Positions 7,785 to 15,219 are shown, counted from the first letter of the stretch. The stretch: DNA of 15,758 nt from Candidatus Subterrananammoxibius californiae (GCA_030586555.1 JAURAC010000048.1:1-15758), one strand, 5' to 3'. Notes: generated from the letters alone by a model not told the origin. Program-made: numbers and translations.

Positions 7785-7813
7785 ACTTTATTGTAACCAC
7801 AACAGAATGTCAA
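7785..7813 (-). promoter_or_regulatory. Putative sigma70 promoter for the GlmL-like operon
   Basis: Minus strand TTGACA-17 nt-TAAAGT. Confidence 0.55.
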
Positions 7814-7817
7814 GCGA

Positions 7818-7913
7818 AATGAGCAACGAGACGAGGTGAAGTAAGACGTAAGAAGTAAGACGAAAGACGAAAAAACATCTCACTTCTCACATCTCCTCAT
7901 CGTTCATTGCTTA
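7818..7913. repeat. Nested inverted heptamer arrays downstream of the ligase
   Basis: Inner GTAAGAM-like repeats (7841-7869) against catctcacttctcacatctc (7876-7895). Outer CTCATTG-family arms aatgagcaacgag / ctcatcgttcattgctta. Confidence 0.7.
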
Positions 7914-7914
7914 A

Positions 7915-9426
7915 TTACAATGCTCTTTTTAGGACCTTGCCGGTGGTGCCGTGGGGGAGTTCTTTTCTAAACTCAAAATATTTTGGTATTTTATATGGTG
8001 GGAGTTTTCCTTTGCAGAATTCCCTTAGTAGAGACGCAATGCGTTGCGTCTCTACATCCGTCTCAGGCGGATTCTCATGCTCGTGCAGGGAAACATAAGC
8101 CTTTGGCACCTCTCCCCTAACATCATCCTTAACACCTACCACAGCTACCTCAAAGACCTTCGGGTGATGGCTTAATACTTCTTCTATCTCGTATGGCGAT
8201 ACGTTTTCCCCACTTATAATTATAAGTTCCTTTTTCCGCCCGGTAATCTTAAGAAAGTCATCCTCGTCGAGCCTTCCAATATCACCAGTTTTGAGCCAGC
8301 CATCAGGGGTTATAGTTTGCCGTGTCTCCTCGGGCATATTATGATAGCCCTTCATTACGTTGGGTCCCTTTACCCAGATTTCACCATCTTTATTAGCAGG
8401 AAGGTTACTACCGTTATCGTCCACAATCCTCACCTTTAGATTTGGAAGTGGCTGACCAGCGGTGCATGGCTTGTTATTTTCAGGACTATTGACGGAGACA
8501 ACCGGAGACGCCTCCGTTAAGCCATATCCTTCTATTAGTGGAAAAGAGGAAATCTTGCTAAAGGAGTCTATCAAGTCTTTAGCCACAGGTTCGCCGCCAG
8601 TAGTGCATAGTCGCAGAGACTCAACGCATTGCGTCTCTACCTTTTGTCTCTCTGCTATGGTTCGTAAAAGGACGCGATACATGGAAGGAACTGCGACCAC
8701 AAATGTAACCTTATTCTTTGTTATTGCATCGAGCGCTTTTGGAGCAGAAAAACGACCTGTGTAAACAATGGTGGCTCCAAAATACAATGGTAGCGCAAGT
8801 GTGGTGGTAAAGGCAAGTGCATGGAATAAGGGTAACGTGCCGAGCATTATTTCATGCTCGGTAAAATGAAACCGCGGAACACAACCTTGCAGATTGCTTA
8901 CAATATTTTTATGCGTAAGCATTACGCCTTTAGGGTTGGCGGTAGTTCCAGAGGTATAAAATAGTGCCGCTAACTCATCATCGTTACCAGTGTACGGGTC
9001 AATATCCTTGGTAGGGGCAGGTTTTACCCCTGCTTTCGCAGGGGCTACCCCTACCAGTTTGTCTAAATAGATAGGGTTTATACCTTGATTGCTAAGGATT
9101 TTTTCAAAGGCAGAGAGGGTTAGTACAGTGTTGAGGTTGGCATCTTTTATAACGTAAGATAACTGTGCGGGTGAATACAGCGGGTTTAATGGCACAGGTA
9201 TCTTTCCCGCGAAAAGGATGCCAAAATAACTTGCTACAAATTCCTTTGAGGAGGGTAATAATATGCCTACGTGTTGCTTGCTAACATCACTATTATTTAG
9301 TAAAAAAGTTACCTTTTTTGATGTCTGCGCAAGTTCGTAATAGCTTACCGGACCGCCATCATCAATAATTGCAATTTTTTCAGAGAAGAAATTACATGTT
9401 TCAAGAAATCTTCTCGCTAAGGTCAT
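7915..9426 (-). CDS. AMP-dependent synthetase / long-chain-fatty-acid--CoA ligase family protein
   Basis: YTSGTTANPKGVMLTH, EGYGLTE, WLKTGDIG, GRKKELII and C-terminal TGKVLK. Substrate not determinable. Confidence 0.92.
   Translation of the reverse strand: MTLARRFLETCNFFSEKIAIIDDGGPVSYYELAQTSKKVTFLLNNSDVSKQHVGILLPSSKEFVASYFGILFAGKIPVPLNPLYSPAQLSYVIKDANLNTVLTLSAFEKILSNQGINPIYLDKLVGVAPAKAGVKPAPTKDIDPYTGNDDELAALFYTSGTTANPKGVMLTHKNIVSNLQGCVPRFHFTEHEIMLGTLPLFHALAFTTTLALPLYFGATIVYTGRFSAPKALDAITKNKVTFVVAVPSMYRVLLRTIAERQKVETQCVESLRLCTTGGEPVAKDLIDSFSKISSFPLIEGYGLTEASPVVSVNSPENNKPCTAGQPLPNLKVRIVDDNGSNLPANKDGEIWVKGPNVMKGYHNMPEETRQTITPDGWLKTGDIGRLDEDDFLKITGRKKELIIISGENVSPYEIEEVLSHHPKVFEVAVVGVKDDVRGEVPKAYVSLHEHENPPETDVETQRIASLLREFCKGKLPPYKIPKYFEFRKELPHGTTGKVLKRAL
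8028..8073. repeat. GTAG REP-like palindrome plus adjoining mini-palindrome, in frame in the ligase
   Basis: gtagagacgcaa-tgcg-ttgcgtctctac (8028-8055, 12-bp perfect arms) directly followed by atccgtctcaggcggatt (8056-8073). Encodes NPPETDVETQRIASL. Confidence 0.9.
8613..8640. repeat. Second copy of the GTAGAGACGCAA REP-like palindrome, in frame in the ligase
   Basis: Minus strand gtagagacgcaatgcgttgagtctctgc, 26/28 identical to 8028-8055 in opposite orientation. Encodes VETQCVESL. Confidence 0.9.
9009..9056. repeat. Nested GTAGGGGC REP-like palindrome in frame in the ligase
   Basis: Outer tggtagggg (9009-9017) / cccctacca (9048-9056). Inner cccctgc-tttc-gcagggg (9027-9044; GAAA loop on the mRNA strand). 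Encodes LVGVAPAKAGVKPAPT. Confidence 0.88.
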
Positions 9427-9432
9427 GGTGAA

Positions 9433-9490
9433 AGCTCATAGCTCATAGCAATTTAGCTCATAGCAACTATGAGCTATGAGCCATGAGCTA
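9433..9490. repeat. Inverted AGCTCAT-family heptamer array
   Basis: agctcat-agctcat-agc...agctcat-ag versus ctatgag-ctatgag-ccatgag-cta, filling the dksA-ligase spacer. Confidence 0.85.
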
Positions 9491-9976
9491 TTAGTTGTGG
9501 CTATAACTGTCAACGGACTCAACATCTTTTACCTTTTCCTTAATCCTATGATTTTCATCGCTCTCCATGTTGCCCAGTGACTCACCCCATAGAGAAGCCT
9601 CTGCCTCAACCTTGGCTCCCAGCTCTATTTCTTCTTCCTCTACTTCCTTGCACTTTATACAGAGGGTAGCAAATGGCAATGCCTCAAGCCGTGCCTTTTT
9701 TATTGGTTCCCCACAATTCCTGCAGATACCATAGCTACCAGACTTTATTCTTGCCAGAGCCTCATCAATCTGTTCAAGTTCCCTTCTTTCTTCCTCAACT
9801 ACAAGCCATGACAGCTCATCCCTTAAGGTGTTTGAGGCAATATCAGCAAGGTCGGTAAAACGATGCCCCCCCAACTCACGGTTTTCTTGAAATCTCCGTT
9901 CGATTTCCCGGATTAGATGCGTCCGTCTCATTGACAGACGATTTTTAAGTTGCCTGAGTGACATTTTTCTTCGCAT
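9491..9976 (-). CDS. DksA/TraR family C4 zinc-finger transcription factor
   Basis: Coiled-coil tip DLADIA (DxxDxA) and YGICRNCGEPI...RLEALPFATLCIKCK. Start placed at 9976 behind GGAGGG; acidic C-terminal tail. Confidence 0.9.
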   Translation of the reverse strand: MRRKMSLRQLKNRLSMRRTHLIREIERRFQENRELGGHRFTDLADIASNTLRDELSWLVVEEERRELEQIDEALARIKSGSYGICRNCGEPIKKARLEALPFATLCIKCKEVEEEEIELGAKVEAEASLWGESLGNMESDENHRIKEKVKDVESVDSYSHN

Positions 9977-10282
9977 TTTAATTTTACCCTCCAGATAAAG
10001 ACTCCTCACTACAAGTAAGGAATTAAGGAGCAAAATATATACCACTTTAAGACAATTAATACATAAAATCCATAAAGCCCTTAATGTTAATTGGTTAACA
10101 TTTATTTAAAGGTCTTCAAATGTTTTTGCCCCTTTTTCACACTTTTATTACCAGATTTAAAACTCTTATATAATTATACCCTATTTTTCAGCAAAACCAA
10201 TAGTATTTTAATTATCGAGCAAACTTTTTTAAATACATATCTAATATACAATGTAATAATAACTTAGATTCAATATTACATG

Positions 10283-10399
10283 CGATACTAAACCAAATGG
10301 AAGACTCCCCCACTGGGGGTGGGCTTGATTAAAGAAGAAGTCCGCCAAATGACGACGGACCCTAACTCGCATCGTGCAGGTAAATGCTTGCTTATGTCG
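10283..10399 (-). ncRNA. Candidate structured non-coding RNA, family unassigned
   Basis: GC-rich island in an AT-rich spacer, starting ~6 nt after a consensus promoter, with three predicted hairpins and an imperfect closing stem. Confidence 0.55.
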
Positions 10400-10404
10400 G
10401 ATAT

Positions 10405-10432
10405 ATTATAACAGGTTTAATAAATTTGTCAA
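10405..10432 (-). promoter_or_regulatory. Consensus sigma70 promoter
   Basis: Minus strand TTGACA-16 nt-TATAAT with extended -10 (TGt-TATAAT). Confidence 0.8.
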
Positions 10433-10588
10433 GTGTAGATTTTTTGAATGTAACCGCAAATTAAAAATGTCAGTTTTATTACAATTCCCCAATATAATAC
10501 CAATCACATTAAAAAATATATCCTCCTTGTCGGCCAATCGCTTTATCCTGAAATTTCTGCAACTTTGGTTATCTTTTTATTCACGGTT

Positions 10589-11896
10589 TTAATCGAACGA
10601 GTTAATGACGAGGCCTGTAAGGGGCTTTGGATAAAAGTATGTGGCTTTTGGGGGCATCTTTTGTCTTACGCTTGCAATCCTGCTTACCTGTTCGATGAGC
10701 GTTGGGTTGTGAAAGAAGGCTAATTGGTATTTTCCTTCGTTTACAAGTTTCACGGCTTCTACTTCGCTCTGGATATATTCAATGCTGTCTTGTTTTACGT
10801 TTTCATCTGTTTTAATTCCAAGATACTTATCGAGAATTAAATCATGCAATATGCATACGTCTAAGTCCTTCCATTCGGGATGTCGCCAGCCCTGAACTTG
10901 ATTCAGGGTAGACTTTATTTCATTGCGAAGAAGTAAAAGGTAAAACCTCTTTTCTTTGCCTTCATACATACCAAAGGCATGCTTATCGGCATGCTGATGA
11001 AGCTTCTTTATTAATGAATGGACGTTACAATCCTTCCCAAGATTTTCTACATTAAAAGAATCTTTTATAGCGGTTTTGAACTGCTCTAAGCTAAAACTCG
11101 CTGGGAGATTTTTTATTACTCTATGCGTAGGGAGTATTTTCAGTCCGGGATTGTTCAGTGAAACGCACATCATCATTATATAATCAACTGCGCTTTCTTG
11201 CCCATGTTTCCCTTTTAACTCGTTTCTATAAGCGAGGGCTGATTCGTAGCGGTGGTGTCCGTCTGCGATAAAGAGCGGCTTATCTTTCATAAGCCCCTGA
11301 ATTTTTGCAATAATTGCCGGGTCATCTATCGCCCAGAAACAATTTTTTACCCCTGCTTCATCAAAAGCAGTGATTGCTTTTGATGAATGTTGAACTGCAT
11401 CTGTTAGTACACCTTCAATGGCATTATCGGGATAGAGGGCAAATATCGGGCTAAGGTTGGCTTTACATGCCCTGATTAATTTGAGGCGGTCTTCTTTCGG
11501 TCCTGGCATCGTCTGTTCGTGTGGATAGATATGCCCAGTGCCAAATTCCTCAAGTTTGACCCCTGAGATAAAACCTCTTCTTACAAACTTCCTTCCTTCG
11601 AGTTCAAACTCCTGGTCATAGACGTATATGGAAGGGCAAATATCGCGTTTAAATACGCCTTCACGCAGCCAGTTGTGGAGAAACCTGGCTGCCCTCGTGT
11701 ATTTATTTTCGTGTTCATTATCGTCTGGAAGTTCCTTGCCGAGGATTAGCCTGATGATGTTGTGTGGATGCAACTCGTAATATTTTTCTCTATCCTGTGG
11801 AGAAATCACATCGTAAGGCGGCGTAAGTACCTTTGAAAAGTCCTCTATTGGTTCCAGATTATATCTTATCCCTCGAAAGGGCATTATCGTTGCCAG
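10589..11896 (-). CDS. DUF1015 family protein
   Basis: PFRGIRY, PPYDVIS, IYPHEQT, FIADGHHRY, ILPTHR, MPPKATYFYPKP motifs. Start probably CTG at 11896 (alternative ATG at 11884). Confidence 0.9.
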   Translation of the reverse strand: MATIMPFRGIRYNLEPIEDFSKVLTPPYDVISPQDREKYYELHPHNIIRLILGKELPDDNEHENKYTRAARFLHNWLREGVFKRDICPSIYVYDQEFELEGRKFVRRGFISGVKLEEFGTGHIYPHEQTMPGPKEDRLKLIRACKANLSPIFALYPDNAIEGVLTDAVQHSSKAITAFDEAGVKNCFWAIDDPAIIAKIQGLMKDKPLFIADGHHRYESALAYRNELKGKHGQESAVDYIMMMCVSLNNPGLKILPTHRVIKNLPASFSLEQFKTAIKDSFNVENLGKDCNVHSLIKKLHQHADKHAFGMYEGKEKRFYLLLLRNEIKSTLNQVQGWRHPEWKDLDVCILHDLILDKYLGIKTDENVKQDSIEYIQSEVEAVKLVNEGKYQLAFFHNPTLIEQVSRIASVRQKMPPKATYFYPKPLTGLVINSFD

Positions 11897-11912
11897 AGGT
11901 ATTACCTCCTTT

Positions 11913-12698
11913 TCATTCTACTACCTTTAAGACTTCACACCAAAATTTTTCGTTTAAATCGTCTGAATATTTACCATAAACAAGATCCCATAAAATACGT
12001 ATATTCCGAAATGCAGAAAACCCGACAAAAACACCAACAAAAATATAAAACCAAAAAGCTGGCTCTTTTACGATGGAGATAAATACACAATCTAAGATAG
12101 GTTGTAGCAAACCTTTTTCTTTAAAAGTAGAAAAAGCAATTATTATATGTTTTTTCAAACTGGCAAATAAGCAAAGCAATGACAACCACAGAAAAATGTG
12201 CATTACTATAACCCAATAATGCCGAGTTGTCCTAAAAAATAATAAGCAAAATGCCCCTGTTAGTTTTTTCCAACGTGAGGAGCCTTGAGGCTCTTTTACC
12301 CCGCCCAGCTTGCGATATTCTGCAAGTGCACTTTCCCATCCGAGGAAGTTACCTGCAGCTATCTGCTCAAGAATCAGTTTTTCTATTATCCTGAAATAGC
12401 CTATAATGCGATTTATGGTGGTAGCCTTATCAAAGAAAATCCACCATGATGGAAGCAAAATGACTAAGGGAAGTAACCACCAAAGATTAGACGGTGGTGA
12501 ACCTTTACTTTCGGAGGAAGCATAATGTCCACCTATTTCTTTGATGATAAAGCCGAGGATTAACCCCGTAGTCATTACAGAAAAGGTTAGAAATCTAACT
12601 TGACACTCTTTCAAATGTTGAAGTTCCTCCCTTAAAAAAGCGTGTTCTTTTATACAAAGCACAACATTTTTTTTAGTCATTAGGAACCCTTCCCACAA
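11913..12698 (-). CDS. Hypothetical integral membrane protein (~4 hydrophobic segments)
   Basis: Hydrophobic stretches FLTFSVMTTGLILGFII, LWWLLPLVILLPSWWIFF, YWVIVMHIFLWLSLLCLFA, FWFYIFVGVFVGFSAF. Start is TTG 12698 (AAAGGA upstream) or ATG 12680. Confidence 0.7.
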   Translation of the reverse strand: MWEGFLMTKKNVVLCIKEHAFLREELQHLKECQVRFLTFSVMTTGLILGFIIKEIGGHYASSESKGSPPSNLWWLLPLVILLPSWWIFFDKATTINRIIGYFRIIEKLILEQIAAGNFLGWESALAEYRKLGGVKEPQGSSRWKKLTGAFCLLFFRTTRHYWVIVMHIFLWLSLLCLFASLKKHIIIAFSTFKEKGLLQPILDCVFISIVKEPAFWFYIFVGVFVGFSAFRNIRILWDLVYGKYSDDLNEKFWCEVLKVVE

Positions 12699-12699
12699 A

Positions 12700-12828
12700 A
12701 TTGTCCTTTCTCAAATGAACCAAAGGATTGGCTTATAGCCCCCCTTATGAGCTAATGAGGGAATTACACAACTAAAAAATTCTTCTGGTGGTCTCAACTG
12801 CCTCTTCAGCTTCGGCTTTAGTTACCAA
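12700..12828 (-). repeat. Degenerate direct repeat copy A, including a probable HEPN-gene 3' remnant
   Basis: 12753-12801 matches 15137-15186 at 42/50 columns; 12700-12716 matches 15072-15088 at 16/17. Minus strand 12828-12745 reads LVTKAEAEEAVETTRRIF*LCNSLISS*. Confidence 0.8.
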
Positions 12829-12846
12829 TTTGGGTTATACGTAACA

Positions 12847-14364
12847 TTACAAAGCTGAAGATTTAACTTCCTGAATGAGATATTGATTATCCTTGATACA
12901 ATTGGTTTCCCCAAATTTGTATATATCCTTGAGCGTCTCATAAGCTTCTGCACCACTTTCAAAAAATTTATCACTTCTTATTTCAGTTGTTATAGAACCT
13001 GACGAACCAATTAGTTTTAGCTCAATATACCTTTTGTAAATTGCGTTTATTATTGATTTTAAAAATTCCCCTTCTTTATCTTTAGTTATAACCAATTCAG
13101 CCCTATTTTCGGAATCCTTTATTAAGTTTCTAATTCTGAACACCACCACAGGGAAAATATGTTCAATATTATAATTTGTTATATTGCGTAACACTCGCTT
13201 TGTATCCTCACTAGGTTCATTATTCTCAAACTTTATATTATTTCTAATCGAAGTATTTTTCAATTCTCCATTTATAGCTTTTTCAACATACTCTCTATAG
13301 TAAATATCTCTCTGTAATTTAAGTTGATTAATAACAATATCTTCTCTTATCGAGTAAAGTAAGGGGATAATCTTAGAAACAACCTTAATAGTTGTTTGTA
13401 CCTTACCCTTTTCTTTATTCCGGATCAATCTGATAAAGATGTTATAGATTGGTGCTCTTTGATTTGATAACCTAAAAATTTCCTTGTATTTTGTAAAGAT
13501 ACCCGTTGCAATAACTGGCCTCAATAAGGTAAGGATATGTACTTTCGGTTTTCTTCCAATAATCTCACCAAATCGATATTCAATTTCTACTTTACTTCCG
13601 TACTTGGCTATGAAATCTCTAAAAATGGTTTCTTCTAAAAATTTTTTATGCTTACTTCCGAAGATATCGTCTACTTTAACATTTTGAGTATCATTATTTG
13701 CATTTGCTATTAACGTTCCTGTTGCATATTCATCTAAGTTGTCAATTGATTCAGTTATTTTATCTAACGAGTTAATTGTAATTCTAATCTTTGAATTTAA
13801 AAGTTTATCTAAAGCTAATGCATTAAAATTAGTAAAATATTTATTATTATCACACAAAAATTTACGTACTTCTGAAACTTTTGGGAATTTGACCAATCTC
13901 AGAAAGTCTCGTATTGGGTTATTGTTTTTGAATTCGTGATTTAAAAATTCATTAAAAGACCTTTGAACAAAGTTTTCTAAACTTTTTGTATTCGTTGAAT
14001 ATTGCTTAAGTAAAGATAGTATCAATATGATAAATCTTGTTTGATTTCCGTTTGTTAAACAACAAGTTTCATAACTAATTGATAAATAATCGCTATCTAT
14101 GTTCACACCGGTTGCAGACACAATCATACCTGAGTGGAGAAAACGGAACATCTCCTGATCCTTAAGAATACTTTTTATTATTTCTAGGTTTGTCTTTTTT
14201 AACCCGATGTATTCCCGAGGGTTACTGCCAGCTTCGGTATCCCGGTAATCTAAAAAAAGAACATCCCTAAAAAGTGTTTCCCCGAAAATAGTCTTTTTAT
14301 CACCTGATACAAAACATTTCTCTGGAAAGGTCAATTTATTCTCAAATTTGAATATATCCGACAT
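12847..14364 (-). CDS. AIPR-like (abortive infection phage resistance, ParB/Srx-type motif) protein
   Basis: SNPREYIG...N.EI..SI...F.FLHSGMIV...LTNGNQT...IANANNDTQNVK..D resembles the AIPR pattern NVR.YLG/NNGI/NG.QT/ATN.QN. ATG at 14364 follows AAGGGGA; 505 aa; AT-rich. Confidence 0.7.
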   Translation of the reverse strand: MSDIFKFENKLTFPEKCFVSGDKKTIFGETLFRDVLFLDYRDTEAGSNPREYIGLKKTNLEIIKSILKDQEMFRFLHSGMIVSATGVNIDSDYLSISYETCCLTNGNQTRFIILILSLLKQYSTNTKSLENFVQRSFNEFLNHEFKNNNPIRDFLRLVKFPKVSEVRKFLCDNNKYFTNFNALALDKLLNSKIRITINSLDKITESIDNLDEYATGTLIANANNDTQNVKVDDIFGSKHKKFLEETIFRDFIAKYGSKVEIEYRFGEIIGRKPKVHILTLLRPVIATGIFTKYKEIFRLSNQRAPIYNIFIRLIRNKEKGKVQTTIKVVSKIIPLLYSIREDIVINQLKLQRDIYYREYVEKAINGELKNTSIRNNIKFENNEPSEDTKRVLRNITNYNIEHIFPVVVFRIRNLIKDSENRAELVITKDKEGEFLKSIINAIYKRYIELKLIGSSGSITTEIRSDKFFESGAEAYETLKDIYKFGETNCIKDNQYLIQEVKSSAL

Positions 14365-14992
14365 CTTTATTCCCCTTAAATATTTGACGCATGATGATTG
14401 ACACATATTTAAAATCCGAGATAAGTTCTTTGAATCTTTTACCATTGTTTGCTATCAAAAATTTTCCTGGTTCTTGAAAACGGTTTAGCTTGTACTTTCT
14501 TTCATACTCCTTAGACAATACTCGCTTTGCAAATCCTGAGTAGTGAGATAAATAATTTCTAATTTTATAAACAAATTGGATAGAATCTTTTTGTTTAGAT
14601 GATATTTTTTTTACAAAAGGATTATATTGCTCTACTGTATACTTTTTAAATAATCCATTCACCTTATCTAATTCATGGAAGTCTCTATAGTTATCTGAAA
14701 ATAAAATTGCCCTAATTACACTATTATCTAAATTTATCCTCTTAGGTAGGTTCATTTTTTCTTTTAGCATAGAACAATCTAATTTAACAGCCAATATCAG
14801 CTCTTCTTCTAGAAATTTTTCCCATAATGCACATACTCTTAATATTAAGGACTCTAAAAGCAAGCCTTTTTCTTTCTCAGGTATTCTTCCTTTACTTGAT
14901 AAATCCAAGATAATTTCAGCCCCATATTGTAAAATTTCTTCTATATTATTCTCAAACTTTTTATGATTATTTATTATGCTTTGTTTTTGCAT
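14342..14992 (-). CDS. Putative HEPN-domain ribonuclease
   Basis: Helical protein with ALWEKFLEE and IRNYLSH (RxxxxH). Overlaps the downstream gene by 23 nt. Start is ATG 14992 (TTG 15034 possible). Confidence 0.6.
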   Translation of the reverse strand: MQKQSIINNHKKFENNIEEILQYGAEIILDLSSKGRIPEKEKGLLLESLILRVCALWEKFLEEELILAVKLDCSMLKEKMNLPKRINLDNSVIRAILFSDNYRDFHELDKVNGLFKKYTVEQYNPFVKKISSKQKDSIQFVYKIRNYLSHYSGFAKRVLSKEYERKYKLNRFQEPGKFLIANNGKRFKELISDFKYVSIIMRQIFKGNKDVGYIQI

Positions 14993-15071
14993 TGTAAATC
15001 GACTCAAGCAAGTGTACTGCTCCCTATTTGTCAAGCATCATTTTTTGTAGTAAGTAATCCGCCTAAGGCAG

Positions 15072-15219
15072 ATTGTTCTTTCTCAAATTAAACTGGTGTC
15101 TTATAGTCTAAAGCCGAATGTGGATAGTCATCATTATAATGAGGGATTTACACACCTGAAAAAACTTTTCTGGCAGTCTCAACGGCTTGTCAGCCTTAGA
15201 CGGATTCAGGATTTTTCAT
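15072..15219 (-). pseudogene. Degenerate direct repeat copy B / collapsed HEPN partner gene of the MNT
   Basis: ATG at 15219 overlaps the MNT end (MKNPE), followed by a mini-palindrome containing TAA, then AVETARKVF/(frameshift)QVCKSLI, homologous to copy A. Confidence 0.55.

Noticed and set aside
7321..7869. 13-bp IR (cgtctttcgtctt / aagacgaaagacg) as ends of a transposon carrying the 107-aa gene
   Set aside because: Low-complexity heptamer-family sequence; no transposase or target duplication; more simply two independent array remnants.
2423..9490. CRISPR array interpretation of the repeats
   Set aside because: The repeats are short tandem/inverted units without regularly sized unique spacers, and no cas genes are present.
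10496..10590. Orphan AAGGAGG (minus strand) downstream of DUF1015 suggesting a small gene
   Set aside because: The following ATG is immediately followed by TGA; no credible ORF.
1194..13939. Short antisense or overlapping ORFs in the track (e.g. 1268-1639, 2888-3085, 6015-6326, 6612-6923, 8462-8764, 10374-10592, 13484-13687)
   Set aside because: They are shadows of well-supported genes or span promoter DNA, with no recognisable motifs.
10589..14364. Functional link between DUF1015 and the AIPR-like protein via shared ParB/Srx-like motifs
   Set aside because: Different base composition and a repeat-bounded cassette indicate separate origins; adjacency alone is not evidence.
15006..15034. Promoter for the HEPN-AIPR pair from TTGACA at 15029-15034
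   Set aside because: No acceptable -10 box at 16-18 nt spacing.
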